From contig NC_087437.1 of the NCBI RefSeq assembly GCF_036321535.1, positions 98,334,001 through 98,398,000 on the forward strand: DNA of 64,000 bases. Direction: 5' to 3'. A model generated the notes under the pieces. It was not told where the DNA came from, ran no database searches, and saw only the letters and a list, made by a program, of their open reading frames with translations. Below, piece after piece: positions 12,196-25,350 of the stretch. The position numbers and the translations under genes were made by a program. The first letter of the stretch is position 1. Every line of letters begins with the position of its first letter. This stretch comes from Camelus dromedarius (lineage: Eukaryota).

Positions 12196-15100
12196 CCTGA
12201 AATAACCAATAAACCAGCTGCTTCCCTTGATGGAACTAAAGTATGCCAATTATCCAAACTGTGTAGGAAACATTGACCAAAACAGGGGTTAATTGGACAT
12301 TGGTTGTTTTAATTCCATAATCAGCTCTTTCCCTGCGCTACCCTGGGAGTGAGTAACATATCTTTTGCAGGAATGGGAAGGAGGCCAGCACAGGCCATCT
12401 GGCTGAATACGTCCTTTCATCAAGTTATCCCTGCAGTTGTGTGAAACTTAACTGATGTTGAAGAACTTTACAGTTTAATTTGTTTTATCATTTTCCCTCT
12501 ACTCTATTAAATTTAAAAGTCGATAAATCTTTATTTTCATATTAGCTAAGTAGCCTGAAGTTACTGAATCTACATGAATATATATATTCTATATGTGTAT
12601 GTGGGCAGAAGAGAGTGAAATTTTCTGATGTTAAAAACCATTTCTTGTATTAAAAATGAGAGCAGTTCATTTAGACCATGCTACTAGAAAAGAAATGAAG
12701 ACTCATTTTCCTTCCCACATGGAATGTAAAGCAAAATATTGGTCTTCCTCTCAGCTGAGTTAAAAAAGGATCCATGAAAGAACACAAGTGGCCTATTTCC
12801 TTGTCCAGTTTCCTGACTTCCTCTACTTTGTAATTTTGCTAAGATGACAACATATCTGGATTATTCAAGAGCACTTCCTAACACCTCAGAGTCAAATTCA
12901 CAACCATCACGTGGGTTCAGCTCACGACACTAGTGGCCAGCCAAGGGCAACAGTCAAGAGATGTCTCAGTCGTTAAGCAGGTATTTTTTTCCCCTTCAGT
13001 CCCTTCTTTCCTCCTGCTTCCTCCACCCTTCCTAACCTCTCAAATGTTTACTTTCCCCAATTCTTTTCTCCATCCTTTAATTCTCAAGACTTAAATGAAT
13101 TCTACCTGACTTATGATGCTGCTGGCATTCAGAACTACAAAGACTCCCGATACTGATGTGAAGGCCATGTTCCCTATGCTGGGAAATGTGTATAGGGTGG
13201 GTTATTAATACTTAATAATACAAATATTAATGCCCAGTAGCCGGTCAGACTAGGGCTTTCCAAGCCCTAGAAGATGAGCTGAGTAAAGTTCAAGGCCTTG
13301 AGAATGGATGGATGAAAGAAAGGCAAGCTTAGAGGGATTGCCTACCTAATATACAACCTAGGTTCTGTGCCTATTAATTAGAAGAGAGTAAGGGTCCATG
13401 CCAGGGAGCTACAGCCAAGGTGATAAAATCTTAAGGGAGCTGCTGGTATTCAAGCTATATGAATGAACAGACTGGAAAATGAATTTCTCAAGTGGAACCT
13501 AGCACAAAGGTAAGTGTTATGTTGAAGGTTATGTTGAAGTTGGTGAGGAAATAAAGACCAGATGGTCCTTGCTCAGAGGGCCAAATAGGAAAATATCCCA
13601 TAATGGGCATCTTGATTCAGCTACCTCTACTATCTCTAGCAAAATATGCCCCTAAATGGGCAAGGCTTCTAACAGCACGCATTATCGCCCTCTTACAGTG
13701 CCTGCAGTCAAAGTTCATTAGTCAAGCTGGGTGGGTGGGAAGCAGGGTTACCCAGGGTCAGCTAAGGCCAGGCTCTACCTAAGGGTTCCAGGTGCTTCTT
13801 TTGTTTCATTTGCTGCTGTAAACTACTGGGTTTCCACCTGTCTCCGGTTCTTAAATAAACTTTGGCAGCTCCTGGTCCTAGATAACAGCCTTGGCACCAA
13901 ATGTTTCAACAACAACTGCCCAAAGGAAGGAATCAGAAATAACAATTATTCCATGGTGGAATAAACAAGAAAAAGAGGCAGAAGGTTGCCCTGCTCCAGT
14001 GTTCCAACTGCTCCTCAGTCACTTCCTTTCTGCATAGCATGTAACATGCTTCTTCCTTTCAACCGGACCTGAGGGAGGTCATCTGCCCCTACGGACCAAC
14101 TCCCGGAACTCTGAGGCTATGAGAGATACCGAAGAGAGAAAAAATGACCATATGTTACCATCTTTTTGTGCCTCGTTTTACTCATTCAAGAGCAGTAGGC
14201 TCAGTGAGACCCTCTAAGATTCTACTGCATCTCCCCGGCTCTAGTTCTTTTGGCTCCTTATTTTAAAGTCCTTCTTGAGAATGTTCTTATTCCTGCTAAA
14301 CATAGTTGCTTTGCCCTTCTTTCTCTTCTCCATCATTCAGGACTGATGCTCCTTCAGGGGTAAGTATGTACTGTCACTCGAGAGAATACAATGCCTTCTT
14401 TCATCTTCTCTCCTGCCCACAAAAAGGAGACTTTTTATAAGTATCACTCCAAATTTTTGGCAGTTCAGCTTTAGAGACAATTTCATGGATATCAAAAGGA
14501 ACTAAAAATACCTGCATAAATGATACCAAATTTTCAAAAGGTAAACAGAATAAAGAATACTCTTCTACAAGAAAGAAAAATTCAGAGGAAACATGATATT
14601 CATTGTTCCATTTACTTTCCTCCACAGCATCCTTAGAGCCCAGGCATATGACAAAGATTTGCCAAAATACACTGGAAAGATGACTAAAAATATTGTCCAT
14701 TTACATCTGCGATGGTAGGAAATCACATTCAGGATTGAAAGGCAGCTTTGCCTTTAAGACTTCCTCCCCTTTTCTGACCAATGTTTTCTAAAGTAATTCA
14801 GCCTATTTTGAAATAAATTACAGAGGCAAGTATACCAATTAAACAATTTAACCTAGAAATTCAGCTTGAGTTGAGTTTTGTGGTTTATGATATATTCATA
14901 GAATGGTTTGTAAGTTTCTGTATTTTATTTACAGAAGAGAATATCATTCAAAGTTTCCAAGTCAAAAACTTAGAAGTTTCCCCAAAAAGTCTAACTATAA
15001 ACATAAGTTTGCTACAAAATTATTACTAACAATTTATCAAGTAAAGTGTCTCCTCCATTCACCTCCCCACAAAAGTACATCCACTCAGGAGTGATGCAAA

Positions 15101-15894
15101 GCAGAGAAAAAAAAATTCTTCAGTCTACTAAATACATCCACAGTATAATTTTTTAAAGTCCCCAAATTTGGCAATATTTTTGTTCTAAATATATTTTTCA
15201 GTAGCATAAACACTGTGAAGTGGAAATGGTTGGAATGCACGTCCAGAATAAAAGGGCTGGGTGGAGTTCTGTATAATCAGCAAAATGGAAGAACAAAATC
15301 CTGTCTACTAGAACAAAACTAATGTAAGAATGTGCCCTGAATCTCTCCTTTTAACTACATAATCAAGAAAAATGGTCATCAGATAGATGATACCAGTCAA
15401 ATCTCATTAGTAAAATTATGTCTGAGAAGGGATAAAAATGGTTAAACCTTCTTAAACTCTCTGTTCCATAATCAGTTTTTAGTTATTTACAAAGAATGCC
15501 AACAGGAAAAGCACTCATACAACTGCAGAGGGTAGTCTTTGTATTTTTCAGTGTTAACACTGTGTGTTATCAGTGATGGGCCTGAGGACAAAAGATGACT
15601 GGAAGTAACCAACTAAAATTGAGAACAAAACCAAACAAACAAAAATCAGGACTGAGAAACTTGCCTTCATAAACGATTTTACAGTACTGTATTAGCTGCT
15701 CACAGGACTAGATACCACTCCAATCCACCAGCTGCCATTCTCAACGATTTAAGATGAAGAAAATCTGAGAGTCAGTTTTTCCACAGCTCACTTGTGTAAT
15801 ATCTTCTTTTACATCTTCCAACAATCTATATAGTAAAAAATTCCTTCCAGTTTTCATTTCTAGAAGATACGAAGAGCTTTAAAAATAAAAACAC

Positions 15895-16050
15895 TGAGGT
15901 CCATCCACTTGCTCTGTAACTCTGGGTAAATCCGCCTGAGCTTCAGTTTAATGTGTGTGATTCCAACTTACCTAATACGATAGTTGTGAAGACTGAATAA
16001 CATATACAAAACATCCAATACAGCAAGTCCTCAAGAAATGCTAGTTTACT
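15895..16050 (+). mobile_element. MIR SINE
   Basis: 'ctgtaactctgggtaaatc...ctgagcttcagttt...acttacctaatacgatagttgtgaagactgaa...aagtcctcaagaaatgctag'. Confidence 0.7.
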
Positions 16051-16714
16051 TCTTCCCTCTTTATGCTGCATATCTCTAGTAGATATCAATTATAATTTAT
16101 ATAATTGTTTTAATTTTATGCTAATTAGGCAAAATCTACCCTTTCCAAAATCAAACAGCATAATGGAAACCAAAGTTAAGTAGTACTACATACACTGCAA
16201 ATGTTTTGAATACTCAGGTATTTTAAACCACTTTTTATAAAATACTACTACAAACCGAGAATCTGGCATTTCTAACTCCTAACCAGCAGAATCTGCAATC
16301 TAAATTAGAACTATACATATAGAATATATATATTCTATTATGATTTGATACTTTAAGTTATATGACACTGCTTAATCGCAACATGTCTGTTGATTCCACT
16401 ATCCCATTAAAAGAAAACTGCTAGATTTTTATGTGGCACAGCAAGGTCCCCTGAGTGCCACCTGCTCTTGTTTTTCTTATTTTCATTAACTAGAGGAAGT
16501 AAAACTATTAGCTTATTGAAAAGTATTAATCTTGTCAGTGATAAGGCATGAATCAATTTCAATTCTGCTAAAGAAATGTGATTTTTAAAAATCTTAAAAA
16601 TTTTTGCTTGACTTTCAAATGATCTTTGTTTTTTACAGTGAAAAATATTGTTGACAGTGTCCTGTCCTAACAGGGATAATGTGAAGACAAACTGGACTTC
16701 GAAGATACCTAAGA

Positions 16715-16890
16715 AGTGGGTAACACACTAAAGCTAAGAGTTCAGGTTTTGAATCTTAGTTCAGATATTAACTTTTTTGAGATCCTGGGGATACTGTTAC
16801 CTAATTAACAGGGCTGTAAAAATGATTTAATGAAATAAGACATGCAAAGCACACAGCATCGTGTATGTTTTCCCCTAAGTACTCCTAAGT
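16715..16890 (+). mobile_element. MIR SINE, degraded
   Basis: 'caggttttgaatcttagttc...cagggctgtaaaaatgatttaatgaaataagacatgcaaagcac'. Confidence 0.65.
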
Positions 16891-17199
16891 GGAAACAGAT
16901 TCTAAAGTAAATTCCCCTCTAAAGCAAAAACCATTCAGAAAAAAAAACAAACTAAACTATACTGACACGTCTTGCATTTCTTCGGCAATATGAAAAATAA
17001 TCTAAAACTCATACCATCAGAGTAGTATAAGTAACAGTAAAAAGTCAAAGATTAAGAACTATTCCAATTTTATACAAATTAAACAGTGGTACAGCTTCTG
17101 AGCTAAATAAAACATGGCAGATCTAATTCTCATTCACGTACACAAATACGCACACACTGCATAAAAGGAGCATTTAGATAAGAGGAAATCACAACATAT

Positions 17200-17312
17200 A
17201 CCTGAAAGATCTAAGTTTCAGCCTAGAGCCTGTCACTTACTACCCTATAACCTTGGCAACTTGCTTAATTACTCTCTAAGTCTCTCAAGTTTCTTCACTT
17301 ACAAGAGAGGGA
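17200..17312 (+). mobile_element. MIR SINE core
   Basis: 'ctgtcacttactaccctataaccttggcaacttgcttaa...aagtttcttcacttacaa'. Confidence 0.7.
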
Positions 17313-17804
17313 GAACCAGCTGGACCATAGAGAACAGGCGGGAGGGTTAAAGGCTGTGAAGCATGATGAGGTTTCTCAAATTTGGGACCCAAGGCCCCTT
17401 GAATGGTAGCTGTACAGGGCTGCGAGGTCTGTGACAGCAACAGCTTCTACTGAATCATCAAATAACTACCTGACTACAAAATGTTAAGAAATATTACAGA
17501 TTTGTCAAAATTTTTGAAAATCTTTAAAGCTAAAATTGATTTTAAAGTACTACTCTTTCCATGAATTACAGTGTCCTGGGAGGCTGGCAGAAAATTAATT
17601 ATGTAAGAATTTTAATATTCCATGACCATGGAGGAAAGAGAATTCCTATACATGCAAATCTTACACCAATGCCTGCACCCCTTGCCTAAGAAATTCCATC
17701 AAATAATTCTGAAAGCTCACTGATGACTAGAGAGACTATTTTTTATTTCACACTGCCCAACAACTGTTGTGATATCTGGTTTAGCGGTGTGTGTGTGTGT
17801 ACAC

Positions 17805-18720
17805 CCCTGTATTAGCTTCCTAACTGGCCACTCTCCAAAACATTCTCCACACTGGAGCCAACGCTCTTTGTAAAAGGTAAATCCCTCTGACTGAAAACCC
17901 ATAATGGTTTCCTGCTTCACTTCAAATAAAGTCTGAATTCCTCTCTATGGTCCACAAGGCCCTGCATAATCTGGCTCCAGAGAATCTAACCAATCTTATC
18001 TCACGTCATTTAGTCCCTTACTTATTACACTTTAGTCAGGTGCTGTCCAGCAGAGATGAAATGAGAGCCACAAATGTAATTTTAAATTTTCTAGTGGCCA
18101 TATTTTTTTAAGTTTAAAAAAAGATAAAATTAATTTGACTATATTTTATTTAATCCAATATATCCAAAATATTATGGTATCAATATGAAATCAACATAAA
18201 ATTCTTAAGATATTTTACATCTTTTTTGGTCATACTAAGTCTTCTAAATTGGCATGTATTTTATTTTACACTTAGAGCTCATATCAATTTGCACAAGCCA
18301 CGTGTGGCTCAAGGCTACTATACTGGACCGAGGAACTCTACGTAGACTTCCTTCCACCCCAGCACAGACAGGTCTTTCTGGCCCTCCAGCCTCTGCACGT
18401 GTAGGTCCCTCTTCCTATGGCTGCTCCTCTGTCTCTCTCTACTCAGCTGAAATGTCACTTCCTAAGACAAGCCTTTCCCCATGGCCTTATGTAAATCGGT
18501 CTCCCCATTTATTCCCCACCAGAGCCCCCAGGAGATCAACTGTCTTGGGACTTCTCTCATTCTGTAACTTTTTTCTTTTGCTTGCTTTTCCTATAGTTGT
18601 TTATTGTTTGTCTTCTACCACAACACTGTAATTATTGTTCCATGAGGACAAGGGCTAGTTTTATTCTATTTGCCACAGGCACGTCTGATGCACTCAATTT
18701 GTGCAGAATAAGTGGATGTC
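17805..18720 (+). mobile_element. L2 3' region, interrupted by MER33
   Basis: 'tagcttcctaactgg...ttctccacactggagcca...aaataaagtctgaattcctctctatggtccacaaggccctgcataatctggctcc'. Resumes after about 18340 ('gcctctgcacgtgtaggtccctcttcct...ttccatgaggacaaggg'). Confidence 0.75.
18038..18335 (-). mobile_element. MER33 (hAT-Charlie non-autonomous DNA transposon)
   Basis: 'gtgctgtcca...gagccacaaatgtaattttaaattttctagtggcca...aatatatccaaaatatt...agatattttacat...agccacgtgtggctcaaggctactatactggac'. Reverse-complement similar to the copy at 54117-54429. Confidence 0.85.
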
Positions 18721-19699
18721 TATATATATTCTTAGTTTCTCTATGACTATTTAATTCTATAACAATGCTGAGAAGCAACTGGCAGTATAGGAAATATATA
18801 TACAATTATTTAAATTTATCATGTAAGCCAAGTAAAGATGATACAAGGTATAACTGTAAGAAATCCTTCAGGTATTTAAGTAATATGCTCTTATAAAGAT
18901 CAAAAGAAATAATTACTTCATTTAAAGTTACAAGTACTATCTAATGAAAAAGGAAATTTTTATTTAAGATCAAATCACAAGGAATTTCTAATATTCAGAG
19001 AAAAGTACTGTGTTAATTGTTGTTTGGCATTTATATCTGTTAACTCAGATGACTCCAGTCTCATAAAGATTTACAAAAGTCTCTAATTGCTAAGTAATTT
19101 CTATAATTAAAGGGAAAAAAGAAATGTCTAGATAGAAATTATGAGTGGCTCTTGAAGAAAGCTAAACTTTTTTAGCTAAGACTTAAATAAGTTAAACTTT
19201 ACCTCATCTGCTCTGGGTTCTCCAAATTATTTACTATAATTCTAAAGTAAGATCTATGACTCACTTAGACATGTGGCACTGTTAAGACAGAAAGGTGGTC
19301 ACTGAAAATTATGCACAGTTTTGGATACATATTTTAATAAATATAAATAAAAATCACATAACTGATCAAGCAAAGTATATGTAGTTTGTGAGAGGGAATC
19401 ATATTATTAAAGTTCCAGACCATGTTTTTTTTTAGGCTGAAATTTAAGACTCAATTAACAGGTAAAAAAATAGGAATTAAAGGTTAGACTCAGCTTCACC
19501 AAGCTGCATATAGAGGATGAAAAGACCATATCATTCATTTGAGATACCCAAACAGCTCCACTACATCATATTATGGTTTCCTAGTCAAGTCCTCTGTTAT
19601 TAACAGTGGTATAAAGCATACATCTGCAGAGCGCACGGCAGTCTTCTACTGAGACACACGCACCCACAAACAAATAATTATCAGATATATGTATATATA

Positions 19700-19830
19700 T
19701 AATTGTCTAGGCACTAGACATGTGTCTTCTCATTTACTCTTCATAATAAACTAAAGAGGCTGATATTACAATAACCCCATTTTGAAAACAGGCAAACTGA
19801 AGTTTGAGAGGTTTAATAGTTTGCGTGCAA
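19700..19830 (-). mobile_element. MIR SINE
   Basis: 'ctcatttactcttcataataa...ccccattttgaaaacaggcaaactgaagtttgagaggtt'. Confidence 0.7.
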
Positions 19831-20899
19831 ACCTTGTTCTGCCCAACTGTTGAACCAAAAATCTGGGTATGAAGTTTTGTTTTATTTATTTTTTTAATCC
19901 GCTAATGGGAGGGAAAGGTTTAGAAACAGTTTACTGCCATCCCTATGTCTTATAGACTCCATGCAAACTTAGTCTTGAGCATGAGACAGCCAAGTCCCTA
20001 AACCATACCTCCACTGCCCCCATGTTCAGTCAATTTCATATTCTGATAGTGTCTCTAGTTCCTTGTTCATTTCTCCACTGGAAATAAAGCCAGCCCAGCT
20101 GGATGAAGGCAAGTCTAGTCTTACCAGGCGCTGATTGTTGGATGGCCCCTCTCAGTCTTTAACTTGGATACCCATCTGACACGTACTGCTGGGACCTATT
20201 TGCAAAGCCTAACTCCGCTCCTTGGAGTCTAATCATTCCATGACCAGTCTGAACTGGAATAATTCTTGAATTTGGCAATTCAACATTTAATTATGTTTGA
20301 AGGAGGCCATGCATGGCTAGTACCCCTCCCTGGAGGTCCCAACCCAGCAAGGGTCTCAGTTGGCTGCCCTCTTTATCTGCTTAGCCATGACTACACTGTT
20401 AAAGAAAGCACTGCGATAAAATATTAAATATTAATAGACTATAGTGTATTTACTTGAGATTGTATTATTAACAAATTGTTCTAATACAGATACTATAACT
20501 GCATACATTTTCTTAGTTTTTAATATCTTTCTTAAGTAATATTTTGTCATTCTTTATGATGTAAGAGTACACTGGATCGACACTCATAGGGAGTAATCCA
20601 TAACAGCATGCATGCCGGTGTGTGTATATAACTGATAACCAAATAGATTGTAAATTAGAGCAAACTGAAACTATATAATTATAAATATACATAATGATTA
20701 TATGATATATAAAGATTTATGGTATTGTAATGATTTAATGTCAGTTTGCTTTAATTGATAACCTATTTAGTTATGAATTAAACTTTACTGTGGCTATAGG
20801 TATAAGACTCAGCCAGTATCAACATAACAGTTATTATTTAAGAAAGATAAAATCAAGCAAAGAGTTGCTATCACATAAAAAAATGGTCACTCTTAATAA

Positions 20900-21052
20900 A
20901 GCTAGGCAATTTGTATTTTAGCCCCAACTCAGCTACTAAGTAGTTTTGTAACAGTACCAAATAGCAACCTGTCTAAAGCCCAATTTTCTCGTCTGTTAAA
21001 TACACTCTTTATATTAATTGATTTGTAAGGTTCCTACCACTCAAGAACTCTG
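20900..21052 (+). mobile_element. MIR3-like SINE
   Basis: 'ttttagccccaactcagctactaagtagttttgtaac...aattttctcgtctgttaaa...taaggttcctaccactc'. Confidence 0.55.
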
Positions 21053-21689
21053 GTCTAAGCCTCGTTAATGTTGAACACCTAACAATAAAAACATATGCTC
21101 CATTTACTGAGCTTAGAGAGGTATCACCCACAATATTTAAAGTTGTCCTCATGAATGACTTTCATTTCATGACTTAAAGTAATAGTTAATAGTCATAATA
21201 AAAGCCAAACATTTATTTTCTCCATAGATTTAACGTACCTAGACCTCTCTAACGTTACCATGCAGTTTTCTTGGCTGTCCAAAATAATTAGATATTGATT
21301 AATAAGCATAATGTACTTAGCCAGATTTCACCGCTTTAAAAAATTCAACATCACAATAGGCCAGCACATGAGGAAAGAGGATGGAGCTTATTTGAGGTGA
21401 AGAAGAACTCTCAGCATGTTTGTCTGCACGTGCTCGTCTATGTTCAGAGGAAGAGCAGTCTAAGGCACGCACAGTCAGTCACCGAACTACTCTGACTGGA
21501 AAGTAGTTTTGCAAGCACGGTTCCCAGGCTGGCTCTGAAACACTAAATTCCTGTTCCTTCAACATCCGAAATGCTTTCAGAAGAGAAGTGGATGCTAAAA
21601 ACTACCATCATAAGAACAGTTGAAACTGTAAATAGACAAGAGTGAAAACAAAGTGTGTGTGTAGGAGGGGAGGGGAGACTGGCTGCATA

Positions 21690-21765
21690 TTCTTTATTCA
21701 ATCATTTAACAAGAATTTATTGAGCAGGTACTATTTGCCAGGTAGAGTGTTAAGCATGGTGGATT
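21690..21765 (-). mobile_element. L2 extreme 3' end
   Basis: 'attcaatcatttaacaagaatttattgagcaggtactatttgccagg'. Confidence 0.75.
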
Positions 21766-24700
21766 TTTTGGCAAAGAAAGAATACAGCTTTTGTCTCGAA
21801 AATAACAATCTCCCACATCATCAAAAAAGAAAAAGAACAACAACTATCACAAGAAAAGAAAACATAAACATAAACATAAATTTCCTCCACTTGGCATTCC
21901 CTCCATTATCTTCCCATTCCAAGCTGATTAAATACTAAATATATGCATTCCATACATTTCTTCTATAAGGGAGAAAGATTCCAAAATTTTCAAAGTTTGT
22001 AAAGTAATTATGACAAAATTAAAAACTAAAATCAGAACTAGAAAAACTAGAAAAAGTTTAGAACATATTTTATTCCGGAAAATGAAATATTCTGATTCTT
22101 AGTTCTATGGTTTACTTTTCCTCTACATTTTCTTGATTCACATTTAAAAAAAAACTCCCACAAAATTAAATGTATGAGAACACAGTACTAATAATTTTGA
22201 TGGCTGATACACAATTGAAAACATATTCAATAGTCTTAATTTTGCCATTGAGTTAAATATTTCTTTGAAAACATACCTTTTCCTTAACAGGTAACGTGAC
22301 CTCAAATAGTTAATTTTAATCAGTATTGTATGTCAGAATTTGGTATTGTACTTGTTGTATAACAAATGCTTAAAAATGTTTCTCCATTCACATACAAAAG
22401 TATCTGGGAATAAGTTGAGACCAATATCCACGGCCTCTGATTATACCAATCTTCTGTATCAGAATGTTTTCACAAGGTGTAATTAGTACATACACAACAA
22501 TTGGTCGCACATTTAAACAGAAGCCAAATGTAAACTAACAAATGTAAAGCTACATACTAGTTTTAAGAACACAAAAGTAAACAATGGAAAACAACTTTAA
22601 TTCTGTCAGTGAGCTATCCTGCTCCCTCTCTCTCCTAAATCAAGTGCTCCGATTATAACGGAAGGATCAGGACGGAGACAGAGGAGGCAGAGGGCACTTG
22701 CAGTTCACATGTGGCAAGAGACTTAGATAAGAGGAATGTCGCCTCTCCCCCCACAGCACAGATTTTCACGTAACCTAAAGAGTGCAGCCACGATAGCATC
22801 TTGAGACTGCCGGAAAATGGCCAGGGGTCCAATTCCAATCACAGATATTTCAATCATTTTGTGAAATATTAAAACATTTATTCAATTCCTATTAATCAAT
22901 TCCAAATTTTACGCTAGCAGTCTCTACTGAAAACCATTCACAGAATTAAATTGGGAAAAAAAACTAGAAGAAACACTGCAATTTCCTTTCCCATAGCAAA
23001 TCAAACAGTACAATGTTTATACAAATGAAACTAGTTAAAGAATAAAGTAAATAACATATTTCTTAATTTCTTTAATATAGTTGAAGGCAGTATAGTGCCA
23101 CCTCTTTGTTTTTTTTTTTTTTTTAATGAAAATCTCTTTCCTGGTCTCTGCATCACATTATGTAGGACCTTTAACAACATAATGTACTGGAAAATAATTA
23201 AAAATCATTTCCTGAACTAATTAAGTCCATAACTACCTCCATGACTTCTCCCATTCATCTTGTGCTTAAAAATCTTACAATATTAGCTTGAATTTCATCT
23301 CTGCCTGACACGTTTCAAGCAGTGAAACAGATTCGTGCCTCAGAACACTTTATAGGGTTTCGTTATCAATCAGGTTATGTTCCCAGCGACCCTTTCAGCA
23401 AAATTATCTTATTCGAATGAACTCTCATGGACCAAAGCTGTAGCCCACTGCTCTTGCACACTTTCCATTCATTTCCCTTTTTTTTCTTTACTTAGACTTA
23501 TAGCACGTGCCACAGAAAGAGCGCGTGTTAAATATTCCTGGAGTGTCACAATATGTAATACAATAAAACAGATTACAACCCTACCTTTCTTTCACAGCAG
23601 TGGTGCCAAGCACAGGTACACCGGAGCAATCAATTTGTTCTGCAGACAGTAAGGCTTTCATAGAATACTAATGTAAAATCTCTTTTCTTTCTCCTTTGCC
23701 TTGACTCCCCAGTGCCCAGGTCCCGACCAATACAAGGAGGAGGGCGGTATGTCTTCTGCTGAGATAACCACAACTACTAATCAAGTCTACGTGTACAAGG
23801 GCACAGGATTAAACCTCCACCAAGCTTGAGTCAGGGTTTGAGAGCAGCTAAACACACGCACAGCACGGTCAAAATTAAACACACACATACACACACATTT
23901 TCTCTCTCTCTCTCATACACTACACACAAGCCATGAAAACACAGATGTGTCTACTTCAGTGAACTAATTCATCACACTTTACCATTGATAGTTTTTTACC
24001 TCAGGGGCACAAAATTATCTCCTGTTAGATCCAACAGTACCCAATGACAATTATTTTTTTTTCCAGAAGTGAGAATCATTTTCAGTATTCTCTGCATTAC
24101 CTGTTTACTGTTTTTAAAACAAGGTATTTTTCTAAATTGGACTATCCAATACCTTTTATATGGACTTTGTCTCTCTCAAGTATTAATATAGGGTTAATAG
24201 ACTCAGGGAGGATTCTTAAGATTTTGTACTTAAAAAAAGAGTACTGTAAGAGCTCAAACCCACTTCTTCAAGAAAAGTAAACGTATTAACCAATAATGAA
24301 AAGATATCCAAAAGATTTGTATTTATCTTTCAGCTTCTACATTTATACAATATAATCCCAAGCTATTTAGAAAATATTTTCAGGTCTCAAAAATTATTTA
24401 AAAAACTCTTTAGCACTTTGTAATTATGACAGCATGGTGGTATTTTTGGTCTCATAAAATTCAGAGTTTTGAGGTTCCTTTCAAATAAGCATTTTCACTT
24501 GGCTTATTTTTCTTTTATTCAAAATGTGACAAAAGTATGCCAATCACTGAGTAGGGTGATGACAGAAGTTGTTAAATATTTTTTAACAACATACCTTATT
24601 AAAATTTGCCTGCCTTAATTTTCAAATAACTCTTGAATAGTACTGATAGTCAAGGGGCTGTAAAGTAAACAATAATCAAGAACAAAACACTCTAGATGAC

Positions 24701-24899
24701 TGGACAAACTTACGAGCAGGCTTCCTAAACCAGCTCTTTCATGTAAACAGTCGCTTTAATACTGCTAAAATACAGGTGTCTTATTCTGCACTCTTCCTTT
24801 TTCTAAAAAAAAAAAAATCAGCAGAAGAATTAAGAAATCCTAGGCCTTCAATGAAGTACTGCAGTAATGTTTAACCGATACTGATGCATTTGTCCTTGA

Positions 24900-25350
24900 C
24901 ACACTGACCATGTCATCAGGCTACTGTCATGTGATATCATGTCACTTCCCCACCTGGCTAGTGACCTTGTCCTCTAAATGACCTAAAGCTTCCCTCAAGT
25001 AGCAGGAGGCCCCTCCCCGCTGTCTCAGCAAGGTCGAGTGGGTCAGCGTGTCCTCATCTATAATCCACCACCATTTGTCAGCAGGGAGGCTGGAGGAGGC
25101 AGGCTTGCTACAAGGGGAGAATGCCCAATTAGGCAGCTGTCACACAAAGCATAGGCTGCAAAATTATCCCCTGTCAAAAGAAAGAGCAGCTGCGGGTGCC
25201 AATTACAGCAACCTTTCAACCCTTTAGGTACTGGAAACTACACAGAAGTAAATGAAGAACAATTAGTGATAACAAATCGATGAATTAGGACAGTAAATTA
25301 GAAATTACTAGCAGGTGAGCTTGGGTCATCCATGACATAAGGGCATACCA
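24900..25350. promoter_or_regulatory. Candidate enhancer / conserved non-coding element
   Basis: Repeat-free block with seven same-strand AATTA homeodomain cores, several TGTCA sites, two CAGCTG E-boxes, ATCGAT and a DR3-like element. Conservation not tested. Confidence 0.5.

Noticed and set aside
13250..13270. 9-bp hairpin ctagggctt-tcc-aagccctag
   Set aside because: A stem this short is expected by chance in 64 kb, with no supporting context.
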